Positions 42,237 to 50,784 of a DNA stretch of 51,096 bases are shown here, piece after piece. Both the position numbers and the translations under genes were made by a program. Source of the stretch: Patescibacteria group bacterium (GTDB taxonomy: Bacteria > Patescibacteriota > Patescibacteriia > UBA2591 > UBA6264); assembly GCA_035269445.1 (NCBI GenBank), contig DATFJC010000012.1, forward strand, positions 1 to 51,096, given 5' to 3'. The stretch's first letter is position 1. The number at the start of each line of letters is the position of its first letter. The notes below the pieces were generated by a model that saw nothing but the letters and a program-made list of their open reading frames with translations, searched no databases and was not told the origin of the DNA.

Positions 42237-45200
42237 TATTTTGCACTTTTAGAAAAATTAGCTCTATCTTTAAATTCTTCCTGTTTACCTTCGTTCCATT
42301 GTTCAACTGGCCTTAAATAACCTACTACCCTTGAATAAACCTCGCATTTAGTAGTTTTACCTTCATTTTTACATTTAGGACAATATTTTTCTTCTCCATT
42401 AATGTAACCATGATTTGGGCAAATTGAAAAAGTAGGAGTTAAGGTATAATAAGGAAGAGAATAATTTTTAGCAATTTTTTTTACTAAATTTTTTGTTGCT
42501 TTAATTGAGGGCATTTTTTCTCCTAGCCAAGTATGGAAAACAGTATTATGAATAAAAACCATTGTGTTTTTCCCGGCTAAATAATTATGATTTTTTTGGG
42601 TGGTTAAATCATAAAAATTATTATCTTCAACGTCTACCTTAGAAACATCTTGGACCCTTACTACAGAAAAATGCCTTTTAACCCTATTGGATATATTTTC
42701 ATTTATTCTTGATTTATTTACTGTGATAGTTAATTGGTCTTTTATTCTAGCAAATTCATAATTAGGAATTCTAATTCTGTATATATTTTTTTCATTATCT
42801 CTTTTTACCTTTTCCAAGCTTCTTCCTACCATTAAACCAGCTTTACTAAAGATAGGAACAAGATCGTCGGCTAGGCTTTTAGAAACAGTGTAATATTCAA
42901 AATCACCTTGTTTTTTATCTATATGCCCATCACTATCTGCTAAACCAGATAATAAATCAAAAACGTTATTTTTATTAAGATTCTTTTTAACTTTTTTTGG
43001 TATTAATACATCATAAACCTTTTCTCCATCTGAGAAGCCTATATCAAAGAAAAACTTCAAAGCTTCTTTTTTAGAAGTAGATATTTCTAACAATCTATTA
43101 CTTCTTTTGTCATTAGAAATAATATGCGCCTTACAGCCAAAATGCTTTTTTAATATATCCCTTGTCTTCTCAAGGGGTTTTTTATGCTCACTAAAAAATC
43201 TTATCTTATACTTTTCTAACTTGTTTCCTCCTCTATCGTCAACATATCTTGATATACAACCATCTCCCACAAAAAACCCAATAAGCCACATTAAATCTTT
43301 TCCGATTTTAGTATCTTTATCTGGATATAAATTTTGTGAATTTTGCAAAATATAATCTCCTTTTTTTAATTCGTCTGCCCTTTTCTCAACTATTTTATAA
43401 TTTGGTGAATTTTCATACTTTTTTCTGCATTTAGAATTATTTTTGATATGGTTAGCAAATCCCTTGATTCCTTTAACATTTTTATTGCATATTGGGCAAG
43501 TTTTTGTAGGTTTAATTTTTTTCTTAATAAAAAATGGGTGCCAATCAGAAGTAGTTATATCTAAACCTCTTTCTGCCTTTATTCTAACCTTGTCATGCTT
43601 TTCTACATTTACCCTCATCGCATCTTTAACCTTATCCCATTCACTCACACCCTTATCTGGATTATAACTCAAAACCTTAATAGGTTTTAAATCATCAAAA
43701 TTATTAACTATATTTTCTATATTTATCGCTCCCTTATTAGTCAAAACCTTATTCCCTTTTTCAATACAACCTCCTGTATATTTACTCTGAAGTGGATCTT
43801 GTAGGTCTAAGGCTTCAAAGATGTCATCTGTTAAACCAAAGGGAAGTTGAGTTGAATTAGTATAAACAGGCTCTTTTTTCCCCAAAGTATCAATATTATA
43901 AATCTTAATATCACCAAATTCTTTTTTATCATTTCTAGCCAAACGATAGCTTGAACCTTCGGCCGGAGTAGCTTCTAAATTAAATATGTCACCTGTTTCT
44001 TTTTGAAAGTCACCAAGCTTGTCTCTCATAAAATCTAAAATCTTTTTAGCAAAACTAGAACCTTTCTTTGTGCTAATATTAGTATCCTTTAAATTCATTA
44101 AAGCATCATTTACCCCAATTAAACCAATGGTAGAAAAATGATTTTTCCAATACTGACCTTGTGATTCTTTTACTTTTCTTAAATAAAATTTGGAATATGG
44201 ATACATCCCCTTTTCAGTTAAGTCCTCCAAAACCTCTCTTTTTATTTCCAAGCTTTTTTTGGCTTTTTCCATTAAGTCACCAACTCTATTAAAAAATTGT
44301 TTTTCACTACTAGATAAATAAGCAATTCGAGGCATGTTTAGAGTAACAACTCCAATTGAACCAGTTAAAGGATTGGAACCAAAAAGGCCACCACCTCTTT
44401 TTCTAAGTTCTTTGTTGTCTAACCTAAGTCGACAACACATAGAACGAGCATCTTCTGGTTTCATGTCAGAATTAATAAAATTAGAAAAATAAGGAGTACC
44501 ATACTTTGAAGTCATCTCCCATAAAGGATCTAGAGTTTCATTATCCCATTCAAAATCTTTAGTTATGTTATAGGTAGGGATGGGAAAGGTAAAGGGTCTA
44601 TCTTTGGCATCACCTTCAAGCATTAATTCTGCAAAAATTCTATTTAAGATATCAACCTCCTCTTGAAACTCACCGTAAGTTTCATCTTTGGGTTTGCCCC
44701 CTATTATAACTGATTGATCTTTTAAATAAGAAGGTACCTTTAGATCCATGGTGACATTTGAAAAAGGAGTTTGAAAACCCACCCTTGTTGGAACATTCAT
44801 ATTATATAAAAACTCTTGCATGCATTGCTTTGCTTCTTTATAAGATAAATCATCATATCTTATAAAAGGAGCAAGCAAGGTATCAAAATTAGAAAGAGCC
44901 TGGGCCCCAGCTGATTCTCCTTGCAAAGTATAAATATAATTTACCACTTGTAAAAGGGCTACATTAAAATGTTTTGCTGGACCAGATTCTATTTTACCTC
45001 TTACCCCTTTAAATCCAGATGATAAAATATCTTCTAAGTCCCAACCTACGCAATATACGCCAAGTGTACCCAAGTCGTGGATATGTAAAAAATTATTATT
45101 ATGTTCTTTTCTTACTTCTGGAGGATATATTTTTTCAAGCCAATATTTTTTCACAACCTTGTCAGCAATATGAACATTTAATCCTTGAAGAGAATAACTC

Positions 45201-45580
45201 ATATTAGAGTTTTCTTTAACTCGCCAATCTTTTTCTTTTATATAATTATCTATCAAAGAAGTGTCAGACAAAGCTCCATCAAATTCTCTTAACCTATTAT
45301 GCTGAGAACGATAAAGAATATAAGCCTTGGCTGTTTTATAATGACCACTTTCAACCAAACGACTCTCTACAATGTCTTGAACTGTTTCAACAGTAGGAAT
45401 TTGGCCTTTATCAGTTTTATTTTTTAACCTTTGAATTACCTTTTTTGTTAAATCTTTGGCCAAGTCTTTATTTGTACCACCAACTGCTTGAGCTGCTGAC
45501 CAAATAGCTTTAGTAATTTTTTGAGGATCAAATTTTTGAATTGATCCGTCTCTTTTTTTAATTTTTTTTATAGTTTCCAT
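42236..45580 (-). CDS. nrdD: Anaerobic (class III) ribonucleoside-triphosphate reductase, interrupted by an in-frame 408-aa intein
   Basis: 1114 aa with an N-terminal ATP-cone (IKKRDGSIQKFDPQKITKAIW), the ARSMCCRLRLD active-site loop and a C-terminal Zn site CPNHGY...CPKC. The glycyl-radical motif is SRVVGYLRPVEQWNEGKQEEF. The extein alone is 706 aa. Confidence 0.95.
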   Translation of the reverse strand: METIKKIKKRDGSIQKFDPQKITKAIWSAAQAVGGTNKDLAKDLTKKVIQRLKNKTDKGQIPTVETVQDIVESRLVESGHYKTAKAYILYRSQHNRLREFDGALSDTSLIDNYIKEKDWRVKENSNMSYSLQGLNVHIADKVVKKYWLEKIYPPEVRKEHNNNFLHIHDLGTLGVYCVGWDLEDILSSGFKGVRGKIESGPAKHFNVALLQVVNYIYTLQGESAGAQALSNFDTLLAPFIRYDDLSYKEAKQCMQEFLYNMNVPTRVGFQTPFSNVTMDLKVPSYLKDQSVIIGGKPKDETYGEFQEEVDILNRIFAELMLEGDAKDRPFTFPIPTYNITKDFEWDNETLDPLWEMTSKYGTPYFSNFINSDMKPEDARSMCCRLRLDNKELRKRGGGLFGSNPLTGSIGVVTLNMPRIAYLSSSEKQFFNRVGDLMEKAKKSLEIKREVLEDLTEKGMYPYSKFYLRKVKESQGQYWKNHFSTIGLIGVNDALMNLKDTNISTKKGSSFAKKILDFMRDKLGDFQKETGDIFNLEATPAEGSSYRLARNDKKEFGDIKIYNIDTLGKKEPVYTNSTQLPFGLTDDIFEALDLQDPLQSKYTGGCIEKGNKVLTNKGAINIENIVNNFDDLKPIKVLSYNPDKGVSEWDKVKDAMRVNVEKHDKVRIKAERGLDITTSDWHPFFIKKKIKPTKTCPICNKNVKGIKGFANHIKNNSKCRKKYENSPNYKIVEKRADELKKGDYILQNSQNLYPDKDTKIGKDLMWLIGFFVGDGCISRYVDDRGGNKLEKYKIRFFSEHKKPLEKTRDILKKHFGCKAHIISNDKRSNRLLEISTSKKEALKFFFDIGFSDGEKVYDVLIPKKVKKNLNKNNVFDLLSGLADSDGHIDKKQGDFEYYTVSKSLADDLVPIFSKAGLMVGRSLEKVKRDNEKNIYRIRIPNYEFARIKDQLTITVNKSRINENISNRVKRHFSVVRVQDVSKVDVEDNNFYDLTTQKNHNYLAGKNTMVFIHNTVFHTWLGEKMPSIKATKNLVKKIAKNYSLPYYTLTPTFSICPNHGYINGEEKYCPKCKNEGKTTKCEVYSRVVGYLRPVEQWNEGKQEEFKDRANFSKSAK
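42545..43768 (-). mobile_element. Class 1 intein with LAGLIDADG homing endonuclease inserted in NrdD (Cys1 ... His-Asn / Thr+1)
   Basis: The junctions are QSKYTGG|CIEKGNKVLTNKG and NTMVFIHN|TVFHTWLGE. Block B is ITTSDWHPFF. The two LAGLIDADG motifs are LMWLIGFFVGDGCIS and VFDLLSGLADSDGHI, and block F is NFYDLTTQKNHNYLAG. The element is exactly 1224 nt and in frame. Confidence 0.9.
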
Positions 45581-45883
45581 TAAAATAAGGTTAGTTTATA
45601 AAATAAAAAAGAAAAAACCAGAAAAAAGAATCTGATAATCTTTGAATCTGGCTTACAAATATTTTTATACTTTCCTCCTCTCCCCCTAATTCAGAAATTT
45701 GAGTTTAAAATAACATTTATCTTTATTTTAAATCATTTATTTTAAAACGGCAAATTTCAAAAAATAATTATTGACAACAAAAAGAAATTTTAAAAAATAG
45801 AAAATTTTTTATATTTTTTTAAAAATTTATACCTATTTCTAAGGCTTAATAAAAGGAAAAAAATAATATAAAATAATTTACCA

Positions 45884-46912
45884 TTATTGACTAATCTCAA
45901 AACTTTTATTTTTAAAATTTTGAACATCCTTAACAAATTCAAAAATAATACCAGCCAAGGGAACAGCTAAAATGGCTCCGAAAATACCCCAAAGTTCTCC
46001 CCCAATTACCAAAGATATTAAAACTAAAAATGGTGGCACTCCTATAATCTTATTAAACAAAAAAGGAAATAAAAGATTGCCTTCTAATTGTTGAATGATA
46101 AAAAGTCCAATTAAAATAAAAATTGCTTGAGGAAACGACTCTATTGCAATAATAATAAAAATAAGCAAGGTTCCTACAATTGGTCCTAAGATTGGTATAA
46201 AATCAAAAAAAGCAAAAACAAGAGCTAATATAAAAGCATATTTAATCCCAGCAACATGGAATAAAACAAAACTTAAAAAACCAACAAAAACCATTCCCGC
46301 TACTCGCGATAAAAACCAGCCACTAATTTTTTTCTTAATCTTAGGCAAAAAATTAAAAAGCCTTGTTTTATAGCGTCTAGGAGAAAATTTAGCTAAAAAT
46401 CTTTCTAAAAACCTTGTTTCCAAAGAAAGGAAAAAGGATAAAAATATAATAAAAAGAGCTGCTTTTAAGCCCCCAAATACAACCAATAAGGCATTAAAAA
46501 TGCCTTGGCCAGCCTTACCTATACTATCTTCTAAAAAACTTATACCTGAACTAGCTTTTTCAAAAGCAGTAATACCCAGTTTGTCTAAAACTGGTGAAAT
46601 TTGTTTAAAATAATAAGGTATATTTGCTACAAAATCTTTTAGCTGAGTAATAAAGGCAGGTACACTAAAATATAAAAATGTCGCTAATAAGGCTAAAACA
46701 CTAATATAAACAAATAAAGTAGCAATAACTCTAGGAATTTTTAATTTTTCTAAAAAATCTATAGCAAAATTAAAAAGTATAGATAAAATCAAGGCAAAAA
46801 TAAACCAAATAATAAGCTCTTGTATGGTATATAAAAAATAAAGAGTAATAACCAAAACAATTACTTTAACAATAAAACTCCAACTTATATTAAGCTTTTG
46901 TTCATTCTCCAT
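45884..46912 (-). CDS. AI-2E family transporter (PerM/UPF0118)
   Basis: 342 aa with 7-8 TM helices and family-typical architecture. The C-terminal region is GELWGIFGAILAVPLAGII. Confidence 0.75.
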   Translation of the reverse strand: MENEQKLNISWSFIVKVIVLVITLYFLYTIQELIIWFIFALILSILFNFAIDFLEKLKIPRVIATLFVYISVLALLATFLYFSVPAFITQLKDFVANIPYYFKQISPVLDKLGITAFEKASSGISFLEDSIGKAGQGIFNALLVVFGGLKAALFIIFLSFFLSLETRFLERFLAKFSPRRYKTRLFNFLPKIKKKISGWFLSRVAGMVFVGFLSFVLFHVAGIKYAFILALVFAFFDFIPILGPIVGTLLIFIIIAIESFPQAIFILIGLFIIQQLEGNLLFPFLFNKIIGVPPFLVLISLVIGGELWGIFGAILAVPLAGIIFEFVKDVQNFKNKSFEISQ

Positions 46913-46946
46913 AAAATAATTAATTTACTAAATTTAAAAAACCTTA

Positions 46947-47135
46947 TTATTCTTTTTTAAAATCTTTATCATTTATTGTTTCCTCTTCTTTTTCTTGCTC
47001 CAGGATCTCTTTTGAGGGGAAAACCTCTCCGTCATTGTTAACAATAATAAAAATAGGGATAAAAATTATTAAAAAAATAGCAAGTATAGTAAGGGCCCTT
47101 TTATCTCTTTTTTCATCAGATGCCTTAAAATGCAT
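46947..47135 (-). CDS. Small hypothetical single-pass membrane protein
   Basis: 62 aa with one TM helix (LTILAIFLIIFIPIFIIV) and an acidic tail. No family recognised, and coding status rests only on the ORF and the TM helix. Confidence 0.4.
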   Translation of the reverse strand: MHFKASDEKRDKRALTILAIFLIIFIPIFIIVNNDGEVFPSKEILEQEKEEETINDKDFKKE

Positions 47136-47201
47136 AAATATAAATTTTTATTAAATATTTAATATTTTTATTATAGCACTAATTATTTTTCCTTCAAACA
47201 A

Positions 47202-47227
47202 AAGCCTCCTCTTTTAAGAGCAGGCTT
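47202..47227 (-). terminator. Intrinsic terminator after the TspO gene
   Basis: Stem AAGCCT(G/C)CTCTT with one internal mismatch and a 2-nt loop, followed on the minus strand by TTGTTTGAAGG. Confidence 0.5.
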
Positions 47228-47255
47228 TTATCTTTACTATCTAAAAATATTATAA

Positions 47256-47729
47256 TTAATAATTAATATACCAAATCAAAAAATTTAAAATAGCTGCAAA
47301 ACTTGTCCAAAGAATATAGGGCAAAAGAAGCCATTTTGTCTTTTTTTCTATTTTAGCAAATTCTTTTATCATTAATATAATTAATATCCATAAAATTATT
47401 ATTTCCAAAAAAGCCAAAAAAGGCATTTGAAAACCAAAGAATATAAAACTCCATAAAATATTAAAGATTAGCTGAGCAATAAAAATTTTAACTGCTCTTT
47501 TTTTGCTTTTCCCCTTTTTCTCCCAAACCAAGAATAAAGCAATTCCCATTAAAACAAAAATAATTGTCCAAGCAGGAGCAAATAGCCAATTAGGAGGAGA
47601 AATTGGAGTTTTTTCTAAACCAGCATACCAAGAATTAACAGAAGATCTAGTGGCAATTGAACCTATAAATCCTGCTCCCTGACAAATCAAAATGCAAAAA
47701 AATAGTTTTAAAAGTTTTTTTATTTTCAT
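47256..47729 (-). CDS. tspO: TspO/MBR family tryptophan-rich sensory protein
   Basis: 157 aa with 5 TM helices, Trp-rich. Motifs are WYAGLEKTPISPPNWLFAPAWTIIFVLMGIA and ...ILWTSFAAILNFLIW. Confidence 0.8.
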   Translation of the reverse strand: MKIKKLLKLFFCILICQGAGFIGSIATRSSVNSWYAGLEKTPISPPNWLFAPAWTIIFVLMGIALFLVWEKKGKSKKRAVKIFIAQLIFNILWSFIFFGFQMPFLAFLEIIILWILIILMIKEFAKIEKKTKWLLLPYILWTSFAAILNFLIWYINY

Positions 47730-47753
47730 TTTTTTTATTTAAATTAATTAAAT

Positions 47754-48852
47754 TTAAACCTTTTTAGATTTTAATAATATATCAATTAACTCTCCCAATT
47801 CTCCATTTAAAATACTTTCTACTTGATTTGTTTCAAAGCCACTTTTATAATCTTTAACCATTTTATAAGGATCTAAAACATAAGAACGGGTTTGATTGCC
47901 CCAAACAGCTGGCTTGTATTTACCTAAAATTCTATCTTTTTCTTCTTGCTTCTCAGTATTTAAATATTTATGCAACTTGGTTCTTAAAATTTTTAAAGCC
48001 TTTTCTTTATTTTTATTCTGAGATCTTTCTGATTCACAAGTCGCCACAATGCCAGTGGGAATATGAACAACTCTTACAGCAGACTCTGTTTTTTGCATAT
48101 GTTGGCCACCAGGCCCAGAAGACAAAAAAGTATCTACCCTTAAATCTTTTTCATTAATATCAACCTCTACTTCTTCCATTTCAGGCAACACTTCGACTAA
48201 GGCAAATGAAGTGTGTCTTAATTTTTCAGAATCAAAAGGAGAAATTCTAACCAACCTATGAACACCTGTTTCAGCCTTTAAAAAACCGTATGAATAACTA
48301 CCTTTTATAAAAAGTGTAATACCTTTTAAACCATCTTCAGCCCCTTTATTTTTTTCTATTACTTCTACTTTCCAGCCTCTTTTTTCAGCAAATCTAAAAT
48401 ACATACGTGAAAGCATTTTTACCCAGTCTTCTGCATCTTTACCCCCTACCCCAGAATGAATTGAAAGATAAGCATCTCTTTTATCATAGTCACCTCCTAA
48501 AAATTCTTGAACTTCTAAATCTATTAGTTTTTCTTTTATTTTTTTAAATAATTTTTCTAAGTCTTTTCTTAAATTAACCTCTTTGTCTTTTTTATCTTCC
48601 CTAGCAACCTTCAAAGCATCATTTATTAAATGATTAAGATCTTGCCATTTATTAACAATTTCTTTTAAATCAGCATGTTTCTTAGATTTTTTACGAGCCT
48701 TTTCTTGATTTTGCCAAAACTCAGGCAAGCTCATTTCCTTTTCTATTTCATTAATTTTTTTTATTTTTTCATCTAAGTCAAATATGGGCCCTGACTTTAT
48801 TAAGCCGGACCCTAAAATCTTTTAAATTATTAATTAATTCTTGCATTTCCAT
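47754..48852 (-). CDS. prfB: Peptide chain release factor 2, requiring a programmed +1 frameshift at ATT TGA C (TGA at 48780..48778)
   Basis: Frame 0 from ATG 48852 reads MEMQELINNLKDFRVRLNKVRAHI then TGA. The +1 frame continues DLDEKIKKINEIEKEMSLPEFWQNQ... into the track ORF. Both the SPF (RISPFD) and GGQ (GPGGQH) motifs are present. The joined product is 365 aa. Confidence 0.9.
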
Positions 48853-48857
48853 AAACA

Positions 48858-50240
48858 CTACTTATTATATTCTTCTAAAGTAGCTTGAAGTTCCTTTTCT
48901 TCGCCTTTATGATAAACCAAAAGATCTATTACATCGCCAGGTTGATGCTTTTGTATTAACTTAGATAAAGAATTTTCTTGACCAACCTTATTACCATTAA
49001 CTTTTAAAATAATATCATTTTCAACCAAGCCAGCCTTATCAGCTGGAGAGCCTGGTATAACTGCTAGCTCTTCTTGGGCTGAGCCTTTAATAATTAAGGC
49101 TCCATAATCTACTTCTAAATTATTAGTTTCTGCTATTTTTTCATTAATTAAAGTATAACGAACTCCCAAAAATGGTCTTACAATACGACCATGCTTTTCT
49201 ACGCTTTCAATAACATTTTTAGCTTGATTTATGGGAATAGAAAAACCTATTAATTGACCTTGGCGACTTATGGCAGTATTAATACCTACCACCCTAGCAT
49301 TTAAATCAATTAAAGGTCCCCCTGAGTTGCCTGAATTTATAGCAGCATCAGTTTGAATAACTCCTTCTAAAGTTTCAGATTGTCCCAATACTCCCCCAGC
49401 AATAACCTTCCTTCCAATACCACTAACAACTCCTTTAGTAACAGTATTTCTATATTCACCCAACGCATTTCCTATAGCAATAACAGTTTGACCTATTTTT
49501 AGTTTATCTGAGTCGCCTAAATCAAGAGCTGGCAAATCAAAATCTTTATTTTCTATTTTTAATATTGCTATATCATTAAAAGGATCTCTGGCTAATACTT
49601 TTGCCTTAAATTCATTTCCATTATTGGTCACAACAGTATAATCTGCATCTTTATCAGAAACTACATGCTTATTGGTTAAAATTAAACCCTTATCCCTTAA
49701 AACAACAAAGCCGGTTCCTCCACCAACTTTTTGCTTAGGAAGATCTTCTTTAGGCTCTTCTGGCTCTGGGTTTGGTACTGGGGTAGGAATGCTAGGACCA
49801 GGATAAGGCATAGCAACATGGAAATCTTTAAATTCAAAAAAGGGTGAATTAAAAAACTCATTAAAAAACTCGTCTGAAGGCAAGTCCTTATAACCATAAT
49901 ATTGAGGAATATATTTACTAACTACTATACTAACCACAGAAGGACTTGTTTTCTCAACTGCTTGAATAGTTTTTTCCTCTGTCCCTATAATTTGTTTTTG
50001 TATTTCTTTTTTTTCTGCTGCCTGATTATCTTTTTCCTGAGACAATAATGGGTCTTTTTCTATTACTGGTTCATCTTTTTTTAAAAATTTTTGATATAAA
50101 AACGAAAATAAATAAGGGGTTGTTTCACCCTTTATATAATTAGCACTATAAAATCCAGCTAAGCCACCAACAATACCTGACAAAATTACACTGATCAAAA
50201 TCGTAATAATTATAGTATTTTTACAATTTTGTTTTGACAT
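48858..50240 (-). CDS. HtrA/DegP-family serine protease with C-terminal PDZ domain, N-terminal membrane anchor
   Basis: 460 aa. The catalytic contexts are TNKHV (His), DIAILK (Asp) and GNSGGPL (Ser). The PDZ-like region is GSPADKAGLVENDIILKVNG. Confidence 0.9.
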   Translation of the reverse strand: MSKQNCKNTIIITILISVILSGIVGGLAGFYSANYIKGETTPYLFSFLYQKFLKKDEPVIEKDPLLSQEKDNQAAEKKEIQKQIIGTEEKTIQAVEKTSPSVVSIVVSKYIPQYYGYKDLPSDEFFNEFFNSPFFEFKDFHVAMPYPGPSIPTPVPNPEPEEPKEDLPKQKVGGGTGFVVLRDKGLILTNKHVVSDKDADYTVVTNNGNEFKAKVLARDPFNDIAILKIENKDFDLPALDLGDSDKLKIGQTVIAIGNALGEYRNTVTKGVVSGIGRKVIAGGVLGQSETLEGVIQTDAAINSGNSGGPLIDLNARVVGINTAISRQGQLIGFSIPINQAKNVIESVEKHGRIVRPFLGVRYTLINEKIAETNNLEVDYGALIIKGSAQEELAVIPGSPADKAGLVENDIILKVNGNKVGQENSLSKLIQKHQPGDVIDLLVYHKGEEKELQATLEEYNK

Positions 50241-50266
50241 ATAATCTTAAGTTAAAAACTTATTAA

Positions 50267-50773
50267 TTATTTTATTAATAAAGACTTAATTTCCTTTAAA
50301 GCATCTGGAATAAGAGGGGTAAGCATTTTTGCAAAACCAATTAAAGTAGGAGCGATTATAGAAGTTTGCAGCAAAACAAGCCAAGTTTCACCTAATGGAA
50401 ATTTAGTGGAAAAATATAAAATAACTCCTATTACAAGACCTCCTTCTATAAGACCAAATACAGCTCCACCTAATTTATTAAAAATATTTAAAATTGGTAA
50501 ACTAAAAAACTTGTCTATAATTTTCAACAGCAAAAACATAACCACCTTAGCAATAATAAAAACTCCAATAAACCCCAATAATCGAGCTAGGTTCATATTG
50601 TCCCCTAAAAATGGTAGAATTCTTACTGAAATAATCTCATACCAACGACTAGCAACAAAAAGAGCAATAACAATACTAACAATGCCCCCTATTGCTTGGA
50701 CAAATCCATTCCAAAATCCAAACCAAATAAAACCAAAAAGGATTAATATTAAAATTAGATCAAAAAAAGTCAT
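50267..50773 (-). CDS. cvpA: CvpA family membrane protein
   Basis: 168 aa with 4 TM helices and an N-terminal FDLILILILFGFIWFGFWNGFVQ typical of CvpA. Confidence 0.7.
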   Translation of the reverse strand: MTFFDLILILILFGFIWFGFWNGFVQAIGGIVSIVIALFVASRWYEIISVRILPFLGDNMNLARLLGFIGVFIIAKVVMFLLLKIIDKFFSLPILNIFNKLGGAVFGLIEGGLVIGVILYFSTKFPLGETWLVLLQTSIIAPTLIGFAKMLTPLIPDALKEIKSLLIK

Positions 50774-50784
50774 AAATTTAAAAT

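Noticed and set aside
45581-45883. NrdR boxes or a cobalamin riboswitch were looked for upstream of nrdD.
   Set aside because: No tandem 16-bp acaCwAtATaTwGtgt-like palindromes were seen. The region is far too AT-rich and unstructured for a B12 riboswitch core.
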